A DNA stretch of 24,420 nt from a virus (IMGVR_UViG_3300031519_000215:1-24420), one strand, 5' to 3'. Shown: positions 7,945 to 14,545, counted from the stretch's first letter. The notes: generated from the letters alone by a model not told the origin. Made by a program: numbers and translations.

Positions 7945-8001
7945 AAGATTACTCCGATTTGCTAAGCATCAATTAAAACTGCTTATTTACAGGAACAAAT
8001 T

Positions 8002-8202
8002 ATGAGCCAAGAGACACCAAAGAATATAATAACCCGATTAAGAAAGAAGTATGAGCTAAAAGCTGATACACCTTTTGAGAAGCTATCAAAGATTATGACG
8101 CCGACAGATCACAAAGATTTTATGCAGGCTATTAAATACCCGAATGGTAAAACTAATAACCCCGACCAATTTATAAACCAAAAGGAGCAGAATGATGAAT
8201 GA
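8002..8202 (+). CDS. Hypothetical protein, 66 aa
   Basis: AGGA RBS; ends across the first junction repeat. Confidence 0.65.
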   Translation: MSQETPKNIITRLRKKYELKADTPFEKLSKIMTPTDHKDFMQAIKYPNGKTNNPDQFINQKEQNDE

Positions 8203-8422
8203 AGAAACAGCTTACGATAGACACGAAAGACTAATGCAACCTATAAGAGATGCACAAGCTAAAACCAAAACGGAGACAATACCAATAAAAGAATTACTAA
8301 ACGACTGCCTAGATGTACTACAACATATTGTAGATAGTGAAGAATGGGACACATTACAAGAAAGCTCTAGTGCTGAAGATATGATTAAAGAAATAGAGAT
8401 CAAATTAAAGGAGCAAGACTGA
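8192..8422 (+). CDS. Hypothetical acidic protein, 76 aa
   Basis: Starts and ends in junction repeats. Confidence 0.7.
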   Translation: MMNEETAYDRHERLMQPIRDAQAKTKTETIPIKELLNDCLDVLQHIVDSEEWDTLQESSSAEDMIKEIEIKLKEQD

Positions 8423-8613
8423 TGAGTATTAGTAAAAAAGAATTAAAAAAGAACGGGTGGACTCTTGTCCCTGATGGTGTGTGGTTTGGCGTTGATTATG
8501 CTGAGTCTCATAAAATAAACGTATTAAATATACTTACTGATCTATTAGATTTAGATACAGATGCAGAGGGTTATAACTTTGTGGTGTGTGCATACAAGAA
8601 GGAGCAAGACTGA
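8422..8613 (+). CDS. Hypothetical protein, 63 aa
   Basis: Flanked by identical 17-nt junction repeats with TGATG overlaps. Confidence 0.75.
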   Translation: MSISKKELKKNGWTLVPDGVWFGVDYAESHKINVLNILTDLLDLDTDAEGYNFVVCAYKKEQD

Positions 8614-8795
8614 TGATTATAGACATCTGGAACGAGGTAACAATTGGCAACAAGCCTTACGACATACATCATTACAGCGAAGACGGAGACACAGTAGAAA
8701 TTGTTATCTATCCCGTTAAAACCTTGCCTAATGGCAACAGAGAAACGATAACCGACTATTGGGAGGACAGCTTCACGTTGTCCGAAAATGACTAA
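8613..8795 (+). CDS. Hypothetical acidic protein, 60 aa (start corrected from 8586)
   Basis: ATG at 8613 follows AAGGAG in the junction repeat: MIIDIWNEVTIGNKPYDIHH... Confidence 0.7.
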   Translation: MIIDIWNEVTIGNKPYDIHHYSEDGDTVEIVIYPVKTLPNGNRETITDYWEDSFTLSEND

Positions 8796-8848
8796 TGCTA
8801 GAACTAATAGCAATAGTTTTATTAATAATTTGCTATCTATTGGATTAG
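8795..8848 (+). CDS. Hydrophobic micro-peptide MLELIAIVLLIICYLLD (17 aa), possibly truncated
   Basis: TAATG coupling with the upstream gene; a single hydrophobic stretch. Not in the ORF track. Confidence 0.4.
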   Translation: MLELIAIVLLIICYLLD

Positions 8849-8870
8849 ATAGCTACACAGGAGCAAGATA

Positions 8871-9029
8871 ATGAGTAATTATGTATGTGATGAATGCACG
8901 TCTGATGATATAGAGATCATTAAGGACAAGAGCAATGAGATGGATTGTTATTGCAATAACTGTAAACAAGAAAACTATACTGTTTCCTTGTGGTGGATTG
9001 AGAGGAGCAAGACTAATGAATTACGCTAG
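8871..9029 (+). CDS. Small zinc-ribbon protein, 52 aa
   Basis: Manual translation MSNYVCDECTSDDIEIIKDKSNEMDCYCNNCKQENYTVSLWWIERSKTNELR has two CxxC pairs. AGGAG RBS lies in the junction repeat. Not in the ORF track. Confidence 0.75.
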   Translation: MSNYVCDECTSDDIEIIKDKSNEMDCYCNNCKQENYTVSLWWIERSKTNELR

Positions 9030-9231
9030 AAATATTGCAAAGCTAGAGATAGATACTAGTGATGAATTAAACGAATGTATGGACTGCAAATATACTTCCT
9101 ATGATTACGCTGAAGCGTATGACGATAAGGGAAATGAAATCACATCGTGGTCTACTGATGACCACGTTGTATGCCCTAAATGTAATAGTTTTAATTACTT
9201 TATTAAATCAAGAGTAGAGGAGCAAGAATGA
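9016..9231 (+). CDS. Small zinc-ribbon protein, 71 aa (start corrected from 8935)
   Basis: ATG at 9016 follows AGGAG; CMDC and CPKC pairs. Confidence 0.75.
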   Translation: MNYARNIAKLEIDTSDELNECMDCKYTSYDYAEAYDDKGNEITSWSTDDHVVCPKCNSFNYFIKSRVEEQE

Positions 9232-9326
9232 TGATTGAGATATTACTCTGGTCAATCCTGATCTATCTGGTAGGTGGCACTATAATATTATTTGCTTGGG
9301 CGTACTACAAAGGCTATTTTAATTAA
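9228..9326 (+). CDS. Single-pass membrane micro-protein, 32 aa
   Basis: MMIEILLWSILIYLVGGTIILFAWAYYKGYFN; GAGGAG RBS; ATGA overlap. Not in the ORF track. Confidence 0.6.
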   Translation: MMIEILLWSILIYLVGGTIILFAWAYYKGYFN

Positions 9327-9388
9327 TACTGTTCCCGACTACTTCTTATTTTCAGATCCCGACTTATTAATTAATACTGTTCCCGACT
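9319..9388 (+). repeat. Perfect 22-nt direct repeat TTAATTAATACTGTTCCCGACT x2 (48-nt period)
   Basis: Copies at 9319-9340 and 9367-9388. Confidence 0.9.
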
Positions 9389-9911
9389 TATGCTCAATAG
9401 CTTTGCTCCCGAGTAGTTGCTGTAACCTTCTCTCTACCTCGCTTCTATCCATCTGATCTATCTTGCCATGCAAGACCTCCCGACGATCTACGATAAGGCC
9501 CCCGACTTTCAAAAGTAATCCTTGTGCCTGAATTGCAGCATTATATGCTCCCGATCCCCAAGCATCATCCCGAAGTTTATATAAGTCTTCAACAGCCTTA
9601 TCATGTGTCAGCTCAAACTTCTGCTTAGCTTCATTCATTAATCGCTCATACTCAGTTCGCACATTAGAATACTTATTACCCTCATGCATGTATCTGCCAA
9701 TTACAACAGGATTTTTATATCCTGCTTTCTTGGCTGCTTCTGCCCATGTAAGCTGTGGATCATTTACAGCGTTCCATACAAGAAGTCTTTGACGTTTAGT
9801 TAATTGCTTCTCGCCTGTATTGATATACTCAATCGGCATATCATCTACACCCTCTTCAAGTGTTGCTTCAACCTTAACGCTTTTTCTTATATTGTGATTT
9901 TTCTTTTGCAT
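9339..9911 (-). CDS. terS: Terminase small subunit
   Basis: LTKRQRLL...TWAEAAKKAGYKNP is the typical TerS HTH. It is followed by oligomerisation-type helices (LYKLRDDAW..GAYNAAIQAQGLLLKVGGL) and a VDRREV..GKIDQM tail. Confidence 0.8.
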   Translation of the reverse strand: MQKKNHNIRKSVKVEATLEEGVDDMPIEYINTGEKQLTKRQRLLVWNAVNDPQLTWAEAAKKAGYKNPVVIGRYMHEGNKYSNVRTEYERLMNEAKQKFELTHDKAVEDLYKLRDDAWGSGAYNAAIQAQGLLLKVGGLIVDRREVLHGKIDQMDRSEVERRLQQLLGSKAIEHKSGTVLINKSGSENKK

Positions 9912-10026
9912 CTAATAATCTAGCTCCTGGAAACTGTGTTAATAATTTTACTACATCTGGCCTTTCAAGCAAATCTACTACATATTGCGGCAATTTATCT
10001 CTTAGGTCTTTTGTCAACTTAGTCAT
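9874..10026 (-). CDS. Hypothetical protein, 50 aa
   Basis: Manual translation MTKLTKDLRDKLPQYVVDLLERPDVVKLLTQFPGARLLDAKEKSQYKKKR; overlaps the terS 5' end; no clear RBS. Confidence 0.45.
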   Translation of the reverse strand: MTKLTKDLRDKLPQYVVDLLERPDVVKLLTQFPGARLLDAKEKSQYKKKR

Positions 10027-10306
10027 AGTTTTGTCACACTTTTGTCAGACTTCTCTTGACAAAACTCTAAAGCCTGTAATATAGGGGTACACAGAGTAAT
10101 AATAGTATATAAATAAGAGTATATATATAGTTTTGTCATATATTCTTATACCTACCCTTTAGTGTTACTCATACAGTCTCAAACATTTCCGACCTTATAC
10201 CCACTTAGACACAAACCCTGACAAAACTGACAAAACGCCAAAACAAGGCCCAGTAGGTGTTTCAAGCCGATAGTTTTGTCAGTCAATATCCTCATCTGTG
10301 ACAAAA
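10009..10306. repeat. Iteron-like TGACAAAA/TTTTGTCA repeats around an AT-rich core: putative replication origin
   Basis: TTTTGTCA at 10009, 10029, 10040, 10131 and 10274. TGACAAAA at 10057, 10219, 10228 and 10299. AT-rich stretch at about 10097-10130. Confidence 0.7.
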
Positions 10307-10572
10307 CCCTCTTGAAAGATAGAATTTACGCTCTTTTTGATACCGAAACAGTTATAGAGCACCTCGTCTATAACTTCGACACCTTCGTCTGGTGTTTCGC
10401 TATAACTTAGTAACTCACACACCCCAAAGGTAAAGATAAGACTTGCTGTTTCTTTAGGTGAAGCGCCGCGAACAATAAAATCATTAAACAAATGTTCCAG
10501 GCGATCCTTTGCTTCTATATGTGTAGGTGAGGGCCGTTTGGATGCTAAGTCTATAATTTTTAAATGCGACAT
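10279..10572 (-). CDS. Hypothetical protein, 97 aa
   Basis: Plausible composition; same orientation as the flanking operon. Confidence 0.7.
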   Translation of the reverse strand: MSHLKIIDLASKRPSPTHIEAKDRLEHLFNDFIVRGASPKETASLIFTFGVCELLSYSETPDEGVEVIDEVLYNCFGIKKSVNSIFQEGFVTDEDID

Positions 10573-10692
10573 GCATTTAGTATAGCAAAATTTGTAAATA
10601 GTAGGGTGTTTTGTCGCAAGTCACACCCCAAGACTTCACAAGGCGACTGCACCTTTATTTTTTATACAAGCCAGGTGAAGGCCTGTTCGCGA

Positions 10693-10899
10693 TTAGTCTC
10701 TATGCTTATAGTATTGCGACTCAGTATGTTCTTTCCATACTTGCTCTAAGTGAGGCGCATGTTCTAGCAACCAGTTATCAGATACTTCTCTAAGTTTCTT
10801 CATGCTGTCGCAGAACTGTGCAAAGTCCTCGCAACCCTCATGTAAAACTTCTTCTGCTGACATGTCAGCGTCTATTAATAAATCTTTTAATCTACTCAT
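10693..10899 (-). CDS. Hypothetical protein, 68 aa
   Basis: AAGG RBS and TAATG coupling with the upstream gene. Confidence 0.7.
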   Translation of the reverse strand: MSRLKDLLIDADMSAEEVLHEGCEDFAQFCDSMKKLREVSDNWLLEHAPHLEQVWKEHTESQYYKHRD

Positions 10900-11171
10900 T
10901 ATGATGCCTTCCTTGATTTGTTAATCTTATATTCTGCATCATCTATAGCATCTTTTAAAATAGCTACAACATCCTGTTCAAAACCTTCAGCTTTAAACAA
11001 AAGACCAATAACTAAGTTATTTACCAACAGGTAAGAACCTAATATCGGGTCCATTGTTTTATCGCCTTTAGCAACAACGCAGTCTTTAGCGTAAGCCTCT
11101 AAAGTCTTAATGGCTAATTTAAAAGCCAGGTCGTTGTTATGATCTATATCTTTTTCCGTACTCTTATTCAT
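10899..11171 (-). CDS. Hypothetical protein, about 90 aa (start likely 11171)
   Basis: GGAG-aagtat-ATG places the start at MNKSTEK. Confidence 0.7.
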   Translation of the reverse strand: MNKSTEKDIDHNNDLAFKLAIKTLEAYAKDCVVAKGDKTMDPILGSYLLVNNLVIGLLFKAEGFEQDVVAILKDAIDDAEYKINKSRKAS

Positions 11172-11200
11172 ATACTTCTCCATAAAATAAATATACCTTT

Positions 11201-11245
11201 AGTATAAGCATATATGTTTACATGTCAAATGATTTAATGTACTAT
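11201..11245. promoter_or_regulatory. Back-to-back sigma70-type promoters
   Basis: Minus: TTGACA (11228-11223)-N16-TATACT (11206-11201). Plus: TTTACA (11217-11222)-N17-TACTAT (11240-11245). Confidence 0.7.
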
Positions 11246-11270
11246 CTAGTATTAACTTTTGGAGAAGTAT

Positions 11271-11525
11271 ATGAAGAATGAAAAGAGTACGGAGATGGGA
11301 GCTATTATAGATAGCGCTATGGACCTTGTGATAAATAAGACTATGGAGAATAATATGTTGGCTGCAAACTCCTTTATGGAGCCAAAGCATACTTTAGATT
11401 TTAGAAATGATCTCTTGGCTATAAAGAAAGTCCAGGCTTTTATAGAGTATGTTTATGCACATCAACCTAGTATGTTTGAGCAAGCTTATAGATATGCATC
11501 TGAGTCAGTAAGCGACAATGAGTAA
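11271..11525 (+). CDS. Hypothetical protein, about 84 aa (start likely 11271)
   Basis: GGAG-aagtat-ATG places the start at MKNEKSTEM. Confidence 0.7.
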   Translation: MKNEKSTEMGAIIDSAMDLVINKTMENNMLAANSFMEPKHTLDFRNDLLAIKKVQAFIEYVYAHQPSMFEQAYRYASESVSDNE

Positions 11526-11886
11526 TGAGGTTAGGTTCTACGTTTTTAAAGCTGTGACACCTTCTGGTGTTTACAGCCTTAAATTCTTACCCTATGACGC
11601 AACTAACTTTGAGCTACTAGGCCCAATACAAAAGATGCCTCAATTCCAGGATGAAATATTAAGAGCTATGCAAAAGAATACAGATGGTTATACACCTATG
11701 TATGACAAAAAGAAGACTATTCAAGAAAACTTGCAAGGCCTTCACGATCATCTAGGATATTGGCCAATACCTTTAAAACATAAATATGTTTATGAAGACA
11801 TCAAAATTAAATATGATAAGGACTTAGGATCACTTGATGGCCCTGAGTCAATTAAACATACATGGGACGAGGAGATACCATTCTAA
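11518..11886 (+). CDS. Hypothetical protein, 122 aa, ending in DEEIPF
   Basis: Overlaps the upstream gene; SSB-like acidic C-terminal tail. Confidence 0.75.
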   Translation: MSNEVRFYVFKAVTPSGVYSLKFLPYDATNFELLGPIQKMPQFQDEILRAMQKNTDGYTPMYDKKKTIQENLQGLHDHLGYWPIPLKHKYVYEDIKIKYDKDLGSLDGPESIKHTWDEEIPF

Positions 11887-12035
11887 TGAGTAAAGGCAGT
11901 AGAGATAGAACACAAGATCGCAATAAGTTTGACGAGAACTTTGAAAAAATATTTGGCGCACGCGATAAGCCATACTATGAATTAAAAAATGTAACAGAAG
12001 AAAAAAAGGAGAAGAAAAAGAAATGGAACAAATAA
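11886..12035 (+). CDS. Small basic phage protein, 49 aa (MSKGS..R...KF..NF..IF family)
   Basis: Manual translation MSKGSRDRTQDRNKFDENFEKIFGARDKPYYELKNVTEEKKEKKKKWNK; TAATG coupling; GAGGAG upstream. Confidence 0.7.
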   Translation: MSKGSRDRTQDRNKFDENFEKIFGARDKPYYELKNVTEEKKEKKKKWNK

Positions 12036-12862
12036 CAGAATTAGCAGACTATCCCCACGAAGTTAGAGGAGATGCTCTTGTATATGCAGATATACCCAAT
12101 GAAATATATCATTCAGAAGTTGGTATAAGCAGTAGCACCTTACGTAAGTTTGGTCATTCACAGCTCCATGCTGTAACCCAGGAACAAAAGACCACAGATG
12201 CTATGAACTTTGGTACGGCTGCTCACTATATGTTAGTAGAAGGCGAAGATGTATATATGAATGAGGTGGCTGTATTAATGGGATCGCCATACACCAAAGT
12301 CTATAAAGAGAACAAGGTTGATATGTTAGAGCGCTATGATTGTGTCATTAAAGATGCAGAAGATAATCATATTAGAGGCATGAAAGCCAATATCATTGAT
12401 GAGGCTAACATGTATCTACAAGCAGACGGCAAGTTGCCAGAGGCCAGTTTCTTTTGGTATGAAGACAAAGTGCTTTGTAAATGCAGACCTGACTTAATTT
12501 GCCCACCCTTTAAAGAACCTGCTGAGCCTGGATCAATCTATGTCGTTGACTACAAGACTACCAAGTCATGTGATCCTACAGAGTTTGCTGCTTCAGTAAA
12601 GCATTGGGGTTATGACATGCAAGCAGCTTGGTATCGTAGAGGTATGCAGAAAGCTGGGTATGACGTTAAAGAGTTTGCCTTTGTTGCGCAAGAGAAGTTC
12701 CCACCTTATGCCAGTAAGATATTTGTTATTACAGATGCACAAATGGATATAGCTTGGGAAAAGATGCAAGCCTTTTTAGATGCTTATAATAAGTATTTAG
12801 ATGATGGTATAACAAGTATTTATAACTCAGGCAGTATTGTTACCTTAGACCTGGAAGAGTAA
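12023..12862 (+). CDS. RecE/exonuclease VIII-like PD-(D/E)xK nuclease (DUF3799 type)
   Basis: NEIYH...ISSSTLR, AMNFGTAAH, KCRPD, VVDYKTT and GYDMQAAWY motifs. Confidence 0.9.
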   Translation: MEQITELADYPHEVRGDALVYADIPNEIYHSEVGISSSTLRKFGHSQLHAVTQEQKTTDAMNFGTAAHYMLVEGEDVYMNEVAVLMGSPYTKVYKENKVDMLERYDCVIKDAEDNHIRGMKANIIDEANMYLQADGKLPEASFFWYEDKVLCKCRPDLICPPFKEPAEPGSIYVVDYKTTKSCDPTEFAASVKHWGYDMQAAWYRRGMQKAGYDVKEFAFVAQEKFPPYASKIFVITDAQMDIAWEKMQAFLDAYNKYLDDGITSIYNSGSIVTLDLEE

Positions 12863-12951
12863 TGCTGAAATATTTAACAAAGTTATTAGATAGATTAATA
12901 GAATGGTCCCTTCAAAGAAAGGGAAACAAACTATACAGGAGAAGAAGATGA
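12862..12951 (+). CDS. Basic micro-protein, 29 aa
   Basis: MLKYLTKLLDRLIEWSLQRKGNKLYRRRR; coupled at both ends (TAATG and ATGA). Confidence 0.55.
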   Translation: MLKYLTKLLDRLIEWSLQRKGNKLYRRRR

Positions 12952-13136
12952 AACTACAATTTAAGAAAGAAAAACAAAATACCCAAGGTGTGCAGTTTAG
13001 AATAGATCCAATTACAAGCCAAAACCTAACTGCATTAAGAAATTATTATTCTGAGCAGGCAGGCAGAAGAGTTACAACGGGTGAAATTTGTAAACAACTT
13101 ATTAATTTACATGCAGAGGAACTGAACAATGAATGA
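12948..13136 (+). CDS. Probable ribbon-helix-helix DNA-binding protein, 62 aa (start corrected from 12903)
   Basis: Alternating strand VQFRI followed by two helices (...TTGEICKQLI); AGGAG RBS before the ATG at 12948. Confidence 0.6.
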   Translation: MKLQFKKEKQNTQGVQFRIDPITSQNLTALRNYYSEQAGRRVTTGEICKQLINLHAEELNNE

Positions 13137-13377
13137 TCCAGTAAACCCAAATCATTATAAACAAGGCGGTATAGAGTGCATTGATGCAATAGAGGCCAGT
13201 ATGACGCCTGAAGCTTTTGCTGGTTATTGTAAAGGTAATATCCTCAAATACATCTGGCGCTATGAAAAGAAAGATAAATTAATTGGACTTAAGAAAGCTC
13301 AATGGTATCTTAATATGTTAATTGAAGTAGAAGAACAAGACAAATCAATGCCTAATGATGAGTGGCAAAGAGTTTAG
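13129..13377 (+). CDS. DUF3310 protein (T7 gp1.7-like nucleotide kinase family)
   Basis: DPVNPNHYKQGGIECIDAI...FAGYCKGNILKYIWRY..K...LKKAQWYL signature. Confidence 0.9.
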   Translation: MNDPVNPNHYKQGGIECIDAIEASMTPEAFAGYCKGNILKYIWRYEKKDKLIGLKKAQWYLNMLIEVEEQDKSMPNDEWQRV

Positions 13378-13643
13378 TCTTTGTTTATTATTTCGCAGTT
13401 TATTTTATCACTAGGCTCTATTATTACGTAAGGAGCTTCGGTTTCTATAACAACCCTTGCTCCACAAGAAAGTATAGGTTTGCCAGATCCTCCATACTTT
13501 ACTGTAGATTTGCCTAATATCTTTACTTCGTGGCAGTAAGTATTTGTTCTACCTTCTTTAATTGTTATTACTGGCTCATTAGTGCCATGTTTTAAATTAG
13601 CTTTAATTTTGTGTTGGTTTACGTGTATATATTTTTTTGCCAT
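13374..13643 (-). CDS. Conserved hypothetical phage protein, 89 aa
   Basis: IHVNQHKI..N......EPVITIK...NTYCHEV...LSCGARVVIET resembles a recurrent phage family. Confidence 0.75.
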   Translation of the reverse strand: MAKKYIHVNQHKIKANLKHGTNEPVITIKEGRTNTYCHEVKILGKSTVKYGGSGKPILSCGARVVIETEAPYVIIEPSDKINCEIINKD

Positions 13644-13644
13644 G

Positions 13645-13977
13645 TTAGTATTTGTGCAGATTGATAAAGTATTCAGCTTCTACTACAGCTAAAGTTTTAG
13701 ATCTATTTCTTTTAATAATAACTAATGGCTCATGTTCACCGCAGTTAGCTGAGGCCTGGTCGTAAGCCTTCCAAATATTTAAAGCTTCCTGACATTTACA
13801 TTCTATAGAGTAAGGAAAGGCATCTCTTGCCTCTTTACTCATAATCACATCCTCGCCACCAGCTCCCATTGAAGTTGATCTTACATTCTCTGGATGTATG
13901 TCCAGAAGCTCTATGAGTTTGTCTCTAACCCATTGCTGTAGTTTGCGGCCTTTTTGTTTTGCTGATTGTGGTTTCAT
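13645..13977 (-). CDS. Holliday junction resolvase-like PD-(D/E)xK nuclease
   Basis: SAKQKGRKLQ, SMGAGGED and YSIECK..EALNIW.AY.QA motifs. Confidence 0.8.
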   Translation of the reverse strand: MKPQSAKQKGRKLQQWVRDKLIELLDIHPENVRSTSMGAGGEDVIMSKEARDAFPYSIECKCQEALNIWKAYDQASANCGEHEPLVIIKRNRSKTLAVVEAEYFINLHKY

Positions 13978-14056
13978 AAGTAAATGCTAGGTTAGGATTA
14001 TCAATGTATTTACGGAGTATACACTTACCTTGAAGACCCCTAGCGAGCCTATTATC

Positions 14057-14545
14057 TTATAGCGAAGGTTTAGTTCCCATGCTTGGCGGTATACTTGCTT
14101 CAGTAGAAGGAGTAAAGCCGTCATCTTTAGGAGTTCTAAAAGCCACTATTTCGTTAGATGTTTCACGATAATCTTCGTTAGGATTATCACTATTATCTTT
14201 CTCTGAAACAGTTACGATTAGGGTTTTACCTACCAGGTCCGTAGCATTATCTGGTGCAGATTGCATACCAGCAGCAGTTAGCAAACGTTTAAAATCAGAA
14301 GCTGCATAGCCTCTAACTTCTTCTTTAGGATGCCAAAGAGAAAAATACTTTCTCAGGACCCAGCCGTTATACATTGGCTCTTCATGCACTTTACATTCAA
14401 GCTTAATGCTTTCATTGCCAGCAGCAGACATGTATTTTTCACACGTGTAAATAATACAGTTATAATCACCTTTCGGTATATAAGGCTTAGAAGCCTCTAT
14501 TTCTGATTCCACATTAGTGAAATCTATTCCATCAAAGTCATTCAT
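14057..14545 (-). CDS. DUF669-family single-stranded DNA-binding protein
   Basis: IPKGDYNC.I...E...S.AGN..IKL pattern; lies directly downstream of a Sak4-like ATPase, the usual arrangement. Confidence 0.75.
   Translation of the reverse strand: MNDFDGIDFTNVESEIEASKPYIPKGDYNCIIYTCEKYMSAAGNESIKLECKVHEEPMYNGWVLRKYFSLWHPKEEVRGYAASDFKRLLTAAGMQSAPDNATDLVGKTLIVTVSEKDNSDNPNEDYRETSNEIVAFRTPKDDGFTPSTEASIPPSMGTKPSL

Larger units (their letters stand above)
8182..9233 (+). repeat. Dispersed gene-junction repeat AGGAGCA(A)GA(CT/TA/-)RATG, 6 copies
   Basis: Copies at 8182 aaggagcagaatgatg, 8408 aaggagcaagactgatg, 8599 aaggagcaagactgatg, 8859 aggagcaagataatg, 9003 aggagcaagactaatg and 9218 aggagcaagaatgatg. 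Confidence 0.9.

Noticed and set aside
8419-8445. CTGATGAG as a hammerhead ribozyme core
   Set aside because: No stem II followed by GAAA; the sequence is explained by the stop/start overlap.
8571-9015. ORF-track calls 8571-8813(-), start 8586 and start 8935
   Set aside because: Antisense or over-extended; RBS-linked starts at 8613, 8871 and 9016 tile the region better.
8182-9233. Junction repeats as a CRISPR array or integron attC sites
   Set aside because: The repeats are short and non-palindromic, the spacing is irregular (about 145-260 nt), the intervals are coding, and no cas or integrase gene is present.
10564-11390. ORFs 10564-10749(+), 10611-10793(+) and 11199-11390(-)
   Set aside because: Antisense to better-supported genes or crossing promoter/structured regions; no RBS.
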